Assembly (NCBI GenBank): GCA_043799105.1
Contig: JAZDOB010000010.1
Location: 10,516-74,515, forward strand
Length of the DNA stretch: 64,000 nucleotides
Direction of reading: 5' to 3'
Origin: Candidatus Zambryskiibacteriota bacterium
GTDB taxonomy: Bacteria; Patescibacteriota; Minisyncoccia; Phycocordibacterales; WO2-35-19
Numbering within the stretch: the first letter of the stretch is position 1; every line of letters begins with the position of its first letter. Positions 48,310 to 57,388 of the stretch are shown here, piece after piece. The notes beneath the pieces were generated by a model. It saw nothing but the letters and a program-made list of their open reading frames with translations, did no database searches and was not told the origin of the DNA. A program made the position numbers and the translations under genes.

Positions 48310-50508
48310 ATGTCAAACAATCATTTTAGATACATCATATTGGCTGGCTTATTTGCCATACCGTTTGTGCCGTTTGTTGTGAGTTCTTCGCTTTTCTTTC
48401 CTTTTATCACTGGCAAAGCATTTGTTTTTCGTATAATTGTTGAAATAATTTTTGCTTGCTATTTGGTGTTGGCCATAAGAGACGAATCTTTCAGGCCCAA
48501 GTTCTCTTGGGTATTGGGCGCTCTGGTTGCCTTTTTGGTGGTGATGGGTGTGGCTGACTTTTTTGCGGTGAACCCTCTCAAGGCTTTTTGGAGCAACTAC
48601 GAAAGAATGGAAGGATACTCCCTTCTTCTTCATCTTGGAGCGTACTTTATCGTCCTGGGTTCTGTTTTCAAAACCGAAGGGCTGTGGAATAAACTCTTGG
48701 TTACCAGTCTCGGGGCTTCCGCAATTATGGCCGTCTATTCCTTTATGCAGTTGGCCGGTAGGATCACCATCAATCAGGGCGGGGTGAGAGTGGATGGGAC
48801 TCTTGGCAATGCTTCCTATCTGGGTATTTATATGGTCTTCCATATATTTTTGGCTATGCTTCTTTTTGTTCGTTTCAGGTCTAATTGGCAGAGATTACTC
48901 ATTGGTGTTGTCGCTCTAATGGATCTAGTAGTGCTCTATTTTACGGCAACCAGGGGGGCAATACTGGGTCTTATTGGCGGCGCCCTTGTTACTTTTGTGT
49001 TTTTGGCTTTAAAATCTGAAAAAGGAGACAAAATAAGAAAAATTGCCGGAGCGAGTCTATTGGGGTTGATTATTTTTGTGGGTTTGTTTTTTGCTTTTAA
49101 GAACGCTTCTTTTGTTCAGACAAATCCGGTGCTCAGCAGGTTTGCCACTCTCTCGTTTTCCGAAATTAAAACTCAGGGCCGATACTATGTATGGCCTATG
49201 GCGGTGAAAGGATTTATGGAGAAACCGATTTTGGGGTGGGGGCAAGAAGGTTTCAATTTTGTTTTTAACAAATATTATGATCCACGGATGGCCAATAATC
49301 AGGAACCTTGGTTTGATAGGGCTCACAGCACTCCGCTTGACTGGCTTATAGCCGGCGGGGCGCTTGGTCTTTTGTCTTATCTCTCAATTTTTTTTGCTGT
49401 TCTATATTATATATTTAAATCAAAAGATGAAAATTTGTCCAAAAACGAAAAGGCGATTGTACTGGGACTATTGGCCGCCTACTTCTTTAATAATATTTTC
49501 GTCTTTGATCAGATAAGTAGCTACATTTTGTTTTTTACCATTATCGCTTACATACATTCCCATGCGCCGGAAACACCAGTGTCCTGGTGGGATAGGATTT
49601 CGGCAAAAATCGGGAAAATGCTTAATAATGAAAGATTGAAACCCGTTTTGGAAGCATTCGTACTGATTCTTACGGTAGCTATAATATATTTTGTCGTTTA
49701 TGTGCCGTGGCGACAAAATAAAGATCTTCTGGAGGTATTAAAATTAAATAGCGAAGGGAAAATAGGGACGATAGAAGTCTATGCCAAACCTCTAGCTGAC
49801 GGTGATTTGGGTTTTCCCGAAAGTCTGGAGTTCACTTCTCAAACAGCCGTTAACGTAGCCTCAAGTCCGGATGCTCCACCGGAATTGAAACAAAAATTAT
49901 TTGATACGGTAGATAAAGCTTTTGTAAAGTATATAAAAAGAGTGCCGAATGATGCCCGTTACCGGCTTTTCTACGGAATCTTTCTTTCTAGGTTTGGCTG
50001 GTATGGGAGGGCGGTTGAACAATTAAAAGAAGCTCAAAAACTTTCTCCGAGTAAACAGCAGATATATTTTGAGTTGATAAGCAATCTTTTATTTGATACT
50101 AAAACAGATGAAGCTCTGCAGGATGCCAAAATTGCCTACGAACTGGAACCCTCATACGAGGAAGCCAGATTTATATACGGCATGACTCTTCTGGCTTCCG
50201 GAAACACCGTTCTTTCGGGAGAAATTTTGAAAGATGTACCAGAGAAAAAGATTATTTTTGATGACAGATACCTTACTATTCTTTTGGCTCTCAAACAATA
50301 TAACCAAATAATTGAAGTTGTAAAAAAAAGAATTGAACTTAGTCCGGGAAATCCGCAACATTATATAACTCTCACTGCCGCTTATTTGCAGGACAACAGG
50401 AGGCAGGAAGCTGTCCAGACACTGGAGGAACTTATAAAATTAGAGCCCTCTTTTAAAGAGAGAGGAGAATATTATATAAATGAAATAAAAGCCGGCAGAA
50501 ACCCTTAA
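48310..50508 (+). CDS. O-antigen ligase/polymerase (Wzy_C-like) membrane domain fused to C-terminal TPR repeats
   Basis: ~12 TM helices with a large periplasmic loop (…RGAILGLIGGALVT…). The C-terminal ~250 aa is TPR-like (…AVEQLKEAQKLSPSKQQIYFEL…). Confidence 0.7.
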   Translation: MSNNHFRYIILAGLFAIPFVPFVVSSSLFFPFITGKAFVFRIIVEIIFACYLVLAIRDESFRPKFSWVLGALVAFLVVMGVADFFAVNPLKAFWSNYERMEGYSLLLHLGAYFIVLGSVFKTEGLWNKLLVTSLGASAIMAVYSFMQLAGRITINQGGVRVDGTLGNASYLGIYMVFHIFLAMLLFVRFRSNWQRLLIGVVALMDLVVLYFTATRGAILGLIGGALVTFVFLALKSEKGDKIRKIAGASLLGLIIFVGLFFAFKNASFVQTNPVLSRFATLSFSEIKTQGRYYVWPMAVKGFMEKPILGWGQEGFNFVFNKYYDPRMANNQEPWFDRAHSTPLDWLIAGGALGLLSYLSIFFAVLYYIFKSKDENLSKNEKAIVLGLLAAYFFNNIFVFDQISSYILFFTIIAYIHSHAPETPVSWWDRISAKIGKMLNNERLKPVLEAFVLILTVAIIYFVVYVPWRQNKDLLEVLKLNSEGKIGTIEVYAKPLADGDLGFPESLEFTSQTAVNVASSPDAPPELKQKLFDTVDKAFVKYIKRVPNDARYRLFYGIFLSRFGWYGRAVEQLKEAQKLSPSKQQIYFELISNLLFDTKTDEALQDAKIAYELEPSYEEARFIYGMTLLASGNTVLSGEILKDVPEKKIIFDDRYLTILLALKQYNQIIEVVKKRIELSPGNPQHYITLTAAYLQDNRRQEAVQTLEELIKLEPSFKERGEYYINEIKAGRNP

Positions 50509-50622
50509 AATAAAGGTTTCTTGAGCCTTATCCACAAATGGTTTGCACAAAATCGTAGAATATGCTATACTTATAAGGTGAGTGTGGTGAAGCAATTTCC
50601 ACACAAATGAATGTCTGCGAAA

Positions 50623-50652
50623 GCGCCACCTAACGGTGGCATTTTCGTTTTT
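50623..50652 (+). terminator. Intrinsic terminator downstream of O-antigen-ligase gene
   Basis: gcgccacc-taac-ggtggc followed by attttcgttttt. Confidence 0.55.
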
Positions 50653-50677
50653 CAAAAATTTTTGTATACTTAAATAT

Positions 50678-50763
50678 GTGTCGTGGCGTGACCGGCGGTT
50701 CGCACTCACATAGACATTTGTTTTGGAGATAGCTTCCGCCGGTCGCGCGACGACATTTGTTTT
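50678..50763 (+). ncRNA. Candidate structured RNA: 21-bp GC-rich stem (1 mismatch, 2 G·U) enclosing a 37-nt loop, U-tail
   Basis: gtgtcgtggcgtgaccggcgg…(37 nt)…ccgccggtcgcgcgacgacat then ttgtttt. It sits in a 590-bp non-coding gap upstream of secA. Confidence 0.35.
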
Positions 50764-51099
50764 AGAAATTATTTTTGATATTTTTTTTATAAATTTTTTC
50801 TGAAAATAAAAAAGTTATCCACATATTTTGTAAAAAATCATTTACTTAAAATTTTTTTAGAGCGATAATTAGAACAAGGTCGATCGTCGCGTGAGATTTC
50901 TGAAAGAAATTTTTTACGCGACAAGCGCGCTTAAAAATAATCTCATTCTAATCCCGATGTTCTTCGGGAAAGGAATCTCACTAGAATGGCAAAAAAGAAA
51001 AAAGCATCAAAGAAGAAAAGAGCATAACAGCTTTTTCCTGCTTAACAAAGATTCCGCCTCTCGGCGGAGTTTTTGTTTTTGTGATAATATAAGCCTATT

Positions 51100-53472
51100 A
51101 TGTCGTTTTTGAACAAAATATTTGGAGATCAAAATAAGCGGTATATAAAGGAAATAGAGCATTTAATTCCTCAAATAAACAGCTTTGAAGAGACTGTTTC
51201 TAAATTGTCTGACCAAGAATTAAAAAATAAAACAGTTGAATTCAAAGAAAGATTGGAAAAAGGAGAAACACTGGAAGATATTTTACCTGAAGCTTTTGCT
51301 TGCGTACGCGAAGCGGCCAGGAGGACTTTAAAGGAGAGGCATTTTGATGTGCAACTTTTAGGAGGCATTGTGATGCATCGCGGAGGTATTTCCGAGATGC
51401 GCACCGGAGAGGGCAAAACTTTAGTGGCTACTCTACCGGCGTATCTCAATGCTCTGGAGGGCGAAGGAGTACATGTAGTGACGGTCAATGATTATCTTTC
51501 GCGTCGTGATGCTGTTTGGATGGGAGAAATTTATGATGCACTGGGTCTTTCAGTTGGAGTGATCGCTCACGAATCTTCTTTTATATATAATCCGCAGATT
51601 GAAAACGAAGAACAGGACAAAGAGAGAGACGAAAAGGGTTCTTTCCATATTGTTCATGAATTTTTGAAGCCTTGTAGCCGAGTGGAAGCTTATGAAGCCG
51701 ATATCACTTATGGCACCAACAGCGAATTCGGTTTTGATTACCTGCGGGACAATCTGGAGTATAAATACGAAAATGTGAGGCAGAAGAGGCACCACTTTGC
51801 TATCGTGGATGAAATAGACTCAATCCTTATAGATGAAGCAAGGACGCCACTTATTATTTCTGCGCCGGCGGCTGATTCCGATATTTTATACAGAAAATTT
51901 GCGGGCGTGGCCGATAGACTTAAAGAAAACGAACATTATACGGTGGATGAAAAAATGCACGCAGTGCTCTTAACAGACGAAGGCATCAGTAAGGCGGAGG
52001 AAATTTTGGGTTTGGCAAACATCTATGCGGAAGGAGGTATAAAGCTGGTGCATCATTTGGAAACGGCGGCCAAAGCCAAGGCTTTGTATCGCAGAGATAA
52101 AGATTACGTGGTTAAAGATGACGAGGTGATTATCGTTGACCCTTATACCGGCCGGCTTCAGCCGGGCAGACGATGGTCGGAAGGTTTGCATCAAGCCATT
52201 GAAGCCAAAGAAAATGTCAGTGTCCAAAAAGAAAGTCGCACTTTTGCTTCCATCACTTACCAAAACTATTTCAGAATGTATGAAAAATTATCGGGTATGA
52301 CCGGCACCGCTGCCACTTCCAGCGAGGAATTTTATAAAGTTTACGGTTTGAATACGGTAACTATACCGACAAACAAGTCTTCTGCCAGAGCTGACAAAAA
52401 TGATCTTATTTTTCAGACCGAAAATGGCAAACTTTTAGCTATTGCCCGAAAAGTAAAAGAACTCCAAAAAAAGGGTCAGCCGGTGCTTATAGGCACCATC
52501 TCCATTGAGAAAAACGAGCTTTTGGGTGAATACTTAAAAAGAGAAGGGGTAAATTTTGAAATGTTAAATGCCAAAAATCACGAAAGAGAAGGGGAAATTA
52601 TAGCTCAAGCCGGTCGAGAGGGGGGAGTGACGGTGGCTACCAACATGGCCGGCCGTGGCGTGGACATAAAACTTGGCGGAGCGCCTTTTGAAAAATCGGC
52701 TTACGAGAAAGTTAAAAGTCTGAATGGCCTTTTTGTTTTGGGTACCGAGAGACATGACGCCAGGCGCATAGATAATCAGCTGAGAGGACGCTCGGGTCGA
52801 CAGGGTGACCCGGGAGAGACGCAATTTTTCGTATCCATGGAAGACCACATCATGAGAGTTTTTGCGGCAGATACCGTCAAAAATATGATGGGACGCCTCG
52901 GCATCCCCGAAGATGAGGCCATTGAAAATAAACTTATCACCAGATCTCTTGAAAGCGCTCAGGAAAAAATAGAGGGTCTCAATTTTGACGCCCGCAAACA
53001 TATTTTGGAATATGACGATGTTTTGAATTTTCAGAGAAAGACTTTTTATGAAAGGAGAAGAAAAATATTAACGGAAGAAATGGACGAAAAAGTACGCAGT
53101 CTAAAATTGCAGGTTTACGATATGTTTTGGGTTGACCATTTGGAAATGATGGATTATCTGCGCAATTCGGTCAACTTGCGCGCTTATGGTCAAAGAGATC
53201 CTTTGGTTGAATATAAAAAAGAGGGCTTGAAACTTTTCAAGGAAATGGAAGAGAATATTGAAAATACCATTGCTGAGAATCTGAAAAAATTGGCGGAGTT
53301 TGGAAATATTTCCAGCGAGCAAAAGGAAATAGAAAACCAAGCGCTCAAAATCACAGGTGTCACTGATACTTCAAACAACCCCGCTGTTTCTAACGAACAT
53401 AAAGATGTTGGCAGAAATGACCCATGCTGGTGTGGTTCGGGTTTGAAATATAAGAGGTGCCATGGAAAGTAA
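51100..53472 (+). CDS. secA: Preprotein translocase ATPase SecA
   Basis: …LLGGIVMHRGGISEMRTGEGKTLVATLPAYLNAL…; DEAD-like motor. C-terminal zinc-binding CWCGSGLKYKRCHG. Confidence 0.95.
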   Translation: MSFLNKIFGDQNKRYIKEIEHLIPQINSFEETVSKLSDQELKNKTVEFKERLEKGETLEDILPEAFACVREAARRTLKERHFDVQLLGGIVMHRGGISEMRTGEGKTLVATLPAYLNALEGEGVHVVTVNDYLSRRDAVWMGEIYDALGLSVGVIAHESSFIYNPQIENEEQDKERDEKGSFHIVHEFLKPCSRVEAYEADITYGTNSEFGFDYLRDNLEYKYENVRQKRHHFAIVDEIDSILIDEARTPLIISAPAADSDILYRKFAGVADRLKENEHYTVDEKMHAVLLTDEGISKAEEILGLANIYAEGGIKLVHHLETAAKAKALYRRDKDYVVKDDEVIIVDPYTGRLQPGRRWSEGLHQAIEAKENVSVQKESRTFASITYQNYFRMYEKLSGMTGTAATSSEEFYKVYGLNTVTIPTNKSSARADKNDLIFQTENGKLLAIARKVKELQKKGQPVLIGTISIEKNELLGEYLKREGVNFEMLNAKNHEREGEIIAQAGREGGVTVATNMAGRGVDIKLGGAPFEKSAYEKVKSLNGLFVLGTERHDARRIDNQLRGRSGRQGDPGETQFFVSMEDHIMRVFAADTVKNMMGRLGIPEDEAIENKLITRSLESAQEKIEGLNFDARKHILEYDDVLNFQRKTFYERRRKILTEEMDEKVRSLKLQVYDMFWVDHLEMMDYLRNSVNLRAYGQRDPLVEYKKEGLKLFKEMEENIENTIAENLKKLAEFGNISSEQKEIENQALKITGVTDTSNNPAVSNEHKDVGRNDPCWCGSGLKYKRCHGK

Positions 53473-53499
53473 ATTGGAAATCAATTAAAATGATGTGAT

Positions 53500-53856
53500 A
53501 TGACAGACATAAGAATTATAAAAAAACCCATAACGAGAACAGAACTCAAGAAAATTGCCAAAGAGAGATTTGGCGATTTGGTCAAGGCAGCAGTCGATAT
53601 ACGGCAGGGAATTATGGCTGTCGGAGGTGAATTGCACGTTGATATGGAATCGCTTTTGGTTGAGCGGGAAAATTCTATCGGGACTGAAACTTGGGGGATC
53701 AACATCTATCCGGAAAATTTTGGCGAGGATTTTGTTGAGTTTGATTCCATGATTAATTTGAAACCAGCGCTTGGAAACAGGACGAGAAATGTAGAGGATG
53801 AAAAGCTGAGAAAAAAAATAATAGGAATTGTAAATGATTTAATAAAAGAGGGATGA
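53500..53856 (+). CDS. Small conserved hypothetical protein (resembles DUF5674 family)
   Basis: MTDIRIIKKPITRTELKKIAKERFGDLVKAAVDIRQGIMAVGGELHVD… Family assignment is from memory. Confidence 0.45.
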   Translation: MTDIRIIKKPITRTELKKIAKERFGDLVKAAVDIRQGIMAVGGELHVDMESLLVERENSIGTETWGINIYPENFGEDFVEFDSMINLKPALGNRTRNVEDEKLRKKIIGIVNDLIKEG

Positions 53857-54185
53857 ACCAAACGATTCACAAAGATCTCGCCGAAGGTAGATGGTTCACT
53901 ATGTCACTTGCGGAGCAAATGGGAAATATAGGCAGTGAGGTGTCTAGAGCCGGAAAGCAACAGGGAAAAAACGAAAATCTTTTTAACAAAGCGGTTGAAA
54001 GAGCGTTGGAACTTTTTTATTTGACTTTGCATGATAAAAGATGGAAGGGTCGCCTGAAAGAAATCGGTAGAGCAAAAGATGTTTTTTGCGATGCTGTTTT
54101 GGGTGGCAAAGACTATGATAGCAGTTTCAAAAATATACAAAAATATTTCGATTATTTTGGAATAGCCGCCAGATTGCATGTCTGA
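53853..54185 (+). CDS. Hypothetical protein
   Basis: 110-aa ORF coupled (ATGA) to the previous gene; no recognisable motif. Confidence 0.4.
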   Translation: MNQTIHKDLAEGRWFTMSLAEQMGNIGSEVSRAGKQQGKNENLFNKAVERALELFYLTLHDKRWKGRLKEIGRAKDVFCDAVLGGKDYDSSFKNIQKYFDYFGIAARLHV

Positions 54186-54197
54186 TATACTCAATAA

Positions 54198-54836
54198 ATG
54201 ATTGAATTTTTTGTACACTTTTTACAGGTAAACGTGTTGCCTTTGGGTGCCTTTGGGGTTTTCGTGGCATCTGTAATAGAAGAGGTGATAGCTCCTATTC
54301 CTTCGGCTTTGGTGATGACCATGTCGGGCTTCCTTTTGGTTACCGGTCCTGTCTCTTTTGGAGCTATTTCAGCCGTCATCTTTAAGGTGGCCATACCGGC
54401 AGCTTTGGGAGTGACCATTGGCTCTTATGTAGTCTATTTCATCGCTCGCTTTGGAGGCAGATTTGCTATTGAGAGATGGGGTAAATATATAGGTCTCTAT
54501 TGGACAGACATAGAAAAGTTTCAAAAACGTATGAGCGGGACCAGGCGGGACGATATTCTTATAGGAGTGGCCAGGATTGTGCCGATTATTCCGAGCACGG
54601 CCATATCGGCTTTTTGCGGTATTTTGGAAATGAATGTAATCAAATATTTTGTGATTTCTTTCGTCGGGGTGTTTTTTAGAGGCATTATTTTGGGCATTTT
54701 AGGTTGGCAGGTGGGAAATGTTTATGAAAAGTACGCCAGAGCCATATCCTCTGCGGAAAACGCGATCTTAATATCCACCATTTTAGCTGTTGTGATTTTT
54801 ATTGTGTTAAAATATAAGGGCAGTAAGAGAAAATGA
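54198..54836 (+). CDS. DedA/SNARE-associated (TVP38/TMEM64) family membrane protein
   Basis: …VLPLGAFGVFVASVIEEVIAPIPSALVMTMSGF… topology and size. Confidence 0.55.
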   Translation: MIEFFVHFLQVNVLPLGAFGVFVASVIEEVIAPIPSALVMTMSGFLLVTGPVSFGAISAVIFKVAIPAALGVTIGSYVVYFIARFGGRFAIERWGKYIGLYWTDIEKFQKRMSGTRRDDILIGVARIVPIIPSTAISAFCGILEMNVIKYFVISFVGVFFRGIILGILGWQVGNVYEKYARAISSAENAILISTILAVVIFIVLKYKGSKRK

Positions 54837-54888
54837 AAAGTTTCTCTTCTGTCTTTGTATCTCAAAAATCATACAACTTTAAAATAAA

Positions 54889-56172
54889 GTGGCTAATTTC
54901 AAATTACCAAGTGTCTTGATGTTCGGATGGGAATTTCCGCCGTTTAATAGTGGAGGTTTGGGTGTCGCCTGCGAGGGGCTTTCCAAAGCTTTGGCTTCGA
55001 GCGGAGTCGGTTTGACTTTTGTTTTACCTCTAAAAGTTCCCATATCTGCTTCCTGGTGTAAGTTTGTTTTTGCCAATGAATCGGACCTTATAGACGAAAC
55101 AGAAATAAAGGGTTTGTTTGCTGGTTATAACAGTCATAGTTCTTCTAAAACAGGAAAATACGGTCTGCCCGAGTTTGTATCCGGGAGTTTGATGCAAAGA
55201 GTAAAGGCCTATGCCCTGAAAGCTCCCGGTATTGCCAGAAAAAATTCGCACTCAGTTATTCATGCTCACGATTGGCTCACGTATCCAGCCGGCATTGCCG
55301 CCAAAGAAGCCTCGGGTAAGCCTTTGGTAGTCCATGTCCACGCCACCCAGTTTGACCAGAGCGCGGGAGACAATGTTAACAGAGAAGTTTACAACATTGA
55401 ACTTGAAGGTTATCGCAGGGCGGATATGGTCGTAGCGGTTTCTGGCCGCACCAGAGAAAAAATTATTCAAAAATACGGCATCTCGCCGGATAAAGTAAAA
55501 GTGGTTCATAATGGAGTGGAGTTTCAAAAGAGTAACGGCGGTGTACCGTCGTTTGTCAGGAAAATAAAAGAAGCAGGTGGCAAAATTGTTTTATTTGCCG
55601 GACGCATCACTTTGCAAAAGGGTCCAGATTATTTTGTGGCCATGGCCAAAAAGATTTTGGAGCATGAACCCAACACGTTCTTTGTGGTTTCAGGCAACGG
55701 CGATATGGAAGACCAGATGATAAGGCAAGTGTCGGGACTGGGCATTGTCAGGAATTTTATTTTTTGCGGATTTTTGCGTGGGGAAGAGCTGGCCACAATT
55801 TACAGAGACGCGGACATATATGTAATGCCCAGCGTCTCGGAACCTTTCGGTCTTCTACCGCTCGAATGTATGATTTCCGATACGCCGGTTCTGATTTCCA
55901 AAGAATCCGGCGTGAGCGAAGTGGTCAACTGCGTTTTGAAATCGCATTTTTGGGATATAGATGACATGGCCGACAAAGTAGTCTCGGTTTTGCGACATCA
56001 CAAATTAAAAAATCATTTATCCGTAAATGGCAGGGAAGAAGTGAAAGCTATCCACTGGAAAAAGGCCGCTGAATCTCTGGTTTCATTATATAATTCTCTA
56101 GACAATGCCTTCAGTGTGTTTTTACTTCCAAGTTCACCAGCCTTTGAGAGTGCGCAAGTACAGGATTTTTGA
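54889..56172 (+). CDS. Glycogen/starch synthase-like glycosyltransferase (GT5/GT4, archaeal-type)
   Basis: N-terminal …MFGWEFPPFNSGGLGVACEGLSKAL… (K/x-GGL motif region). C-terminal GT4-like …PSVSEPFGLLPLECMISDTPVLIS… The 3' end overlaps the next gene by 68 nt. Confidence 0.6.
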   Translation: MANFKLPSVLMFGWEFPPFNSGGLGVACEGLSKALASSGVGLTFVLPLKVPISASWCKFVFANESDLIDETEIKGLFAGYNSHSSSKTGKYGLPEFVSGSLMQRVKAYALKAPGIARKNSHSVIHAHDWLTYPAGIAAKEASGKPLVVHVHATQFDQSAGDNVNREVYNIELEGYRRADMVVAVSGRTREKIIQKYGISPDKVKVVHNGVEFQKSNGGVPSFVRKIKEAGGKIVLFAGRITLQKGPDYFVAMAKKILEHEPNTFFVVSGNGDMEDQMIRQVSGLGIVRNFIFCGFLRGEELATIYRDADIYVMPSVSEPFGLLPLECMISDTPVLISKESGVSEVVNCVLKSHFWDIDDMADKVVSVLRHHKLKNHLSVNGREEVKAIHWKKAAESLVSLYNSLDNAFSVFLLPSSPAFESAQVQDF

Positions 56173-57364
56173 TGTTGGTCAAAATAGCTCTTATTTTAAT
56201 GATGAAAGCGGGACGAGTTTGGACAACAAGGCCATTATAGAAAAGGTGGCCGGTAAATGTTATCTGCCAGCTAACGCAGTCCTGCTTGAGAACATAAAAA
56301 ACAATCCCGAGTTCAAAGCGAGCTTCAGCATTTCCGGCGTGGCTTTGGAACAGTTTGAAAAATATAAACCAGAAGTGATTGATTCATTCAAATCTCTGGT
56401 TGATACGGGCAATGTCGAACTTTTATCCGAAACCTATCATCATTCTTTGGCCTCTGTTTATGACGAAGAAGAATTTGTAAATCAAGTAAATCTCCATCGC
56501 AAAAAAATTCAGGATCTTTTTGGGGTCACTCCATCTGTCTTCCGCAATACTGAACTTATTTATTCAAACGATATAGCCAAAATGGCGGAGAAGATGGGTT
56601 ACAAAGGTATTTTGGCTGAGGGGGCCGACCACGTCTTGGGTTGGCGAAGTCCGACTTTTGTTTATAAACCTGCCGGCACCGATAATATAAAATTATTGCT
56701 CAAGCATTACCGTCTTTCCGATGACGTGGCTTTCAGATTTAGCCAACAAAGTTGGGAAAGCTGGCCCCTGACCGCGCCCAAATTTGCCGATTGGATCTCT
56801 TCTCATAACGGCAACGGTAATACCATAAATCTTTTTATGGATTACGAAACCTTTGGCGAACATCAATGGGAAGATACCGGTATTTTTAATTTCTTGAAAT
56901 ATTTACCGGCTGAGATTTTAAAAAATCCAGACAATGATTTTGCCACTCCGTCTGAAGTTATAGATAGATATGAGGCGAAGGGGGAACTGGATGTCCCTTA
57001 CAATGTCTCGTGGGCTGACACAGAGAGGGACCTATCTGCTTGGACGTCAAACGATCTTCAGAAGCAGGCTCTGGAAACCATTTATGCTTTGGGCAAGGAG
57101 ATTGTCCACATTGATGATTTGGAACTTATAGAAGATTGGCGTCGCTTGCAGACTTCCGATCACTTCTATTATATGTGCACCAAGTGGTGGAATGACGGCG
57201 ATGTCCATAAATACTTTTCGCCATACGAATCGCCCTACGAAGCTTTCATTGCTTATATGAATGTTATGCAGGATTTGCGTCTCCGCTTGGATTCTGCCAA
57301 GAAAAAACAAGAACACGAAGTCTCTCTCCACAAAGTCAAACCACTTCGCTTTAGCGAAGTATAA
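56105..57364 (+). CDS. Glycoside hydrolase family 57 (alpha-amylase/4-alpha-glucanotransferase/branching-enzyme-like)
   Basis: N-terminal …VCFYFQVHQPLRV… (GH57 HQP motif) and …DYETFGEHQWE… region. Confidence 0.7.
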   Translation: MPSVCFYFQVHQPLRVRKYRIFDVGQNSSYFNDESGTSLDNKAIIEKVAGKCYLPANAVLLENIKNNPEFKASFSISGVALEQFEKYKPEVIDSFKSLVDTGNVELLSETYHHSLASVYDEEEFVNQVNLHRKKIQDLFGVTPSVFRNTELIYSNDIAKMAEKMGYKGILAEGADHVLGWRSPTFVYKPAGTDNIKLLLKHYRLSDDVAFRFSQQSWESWPLTAPKFADWISSHNGNGNTINLFMDYETFGEHQWEDTGIFNFLKYLPAEILKNPDNDFATPSEVIDRYEAKGELDVPYNVSWADTERDLSAWTSNDLQKQALETIYALGKEIVHIDDLELIEDWRRLQTSDHFYYMCTKWWNDGDVHKYFSPYESPYEAFIAYMNVMQDLRLRLDSAKKKQEHEVSLHKVKPLRFSEV

Positions 57365-57388
57365 GCGGATTGTGATAAAATAAAGGGT

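Noticed and set aside
50891-51112. 73-aa + strand ORF immediately upstream of secA
   Set aside because: It overlaps the stacked hairpins of the secA upstream region and the secA start itself. It is Arg/Lys-rich with no supporting features, and more likely non-coding leader or sRNA sequence.
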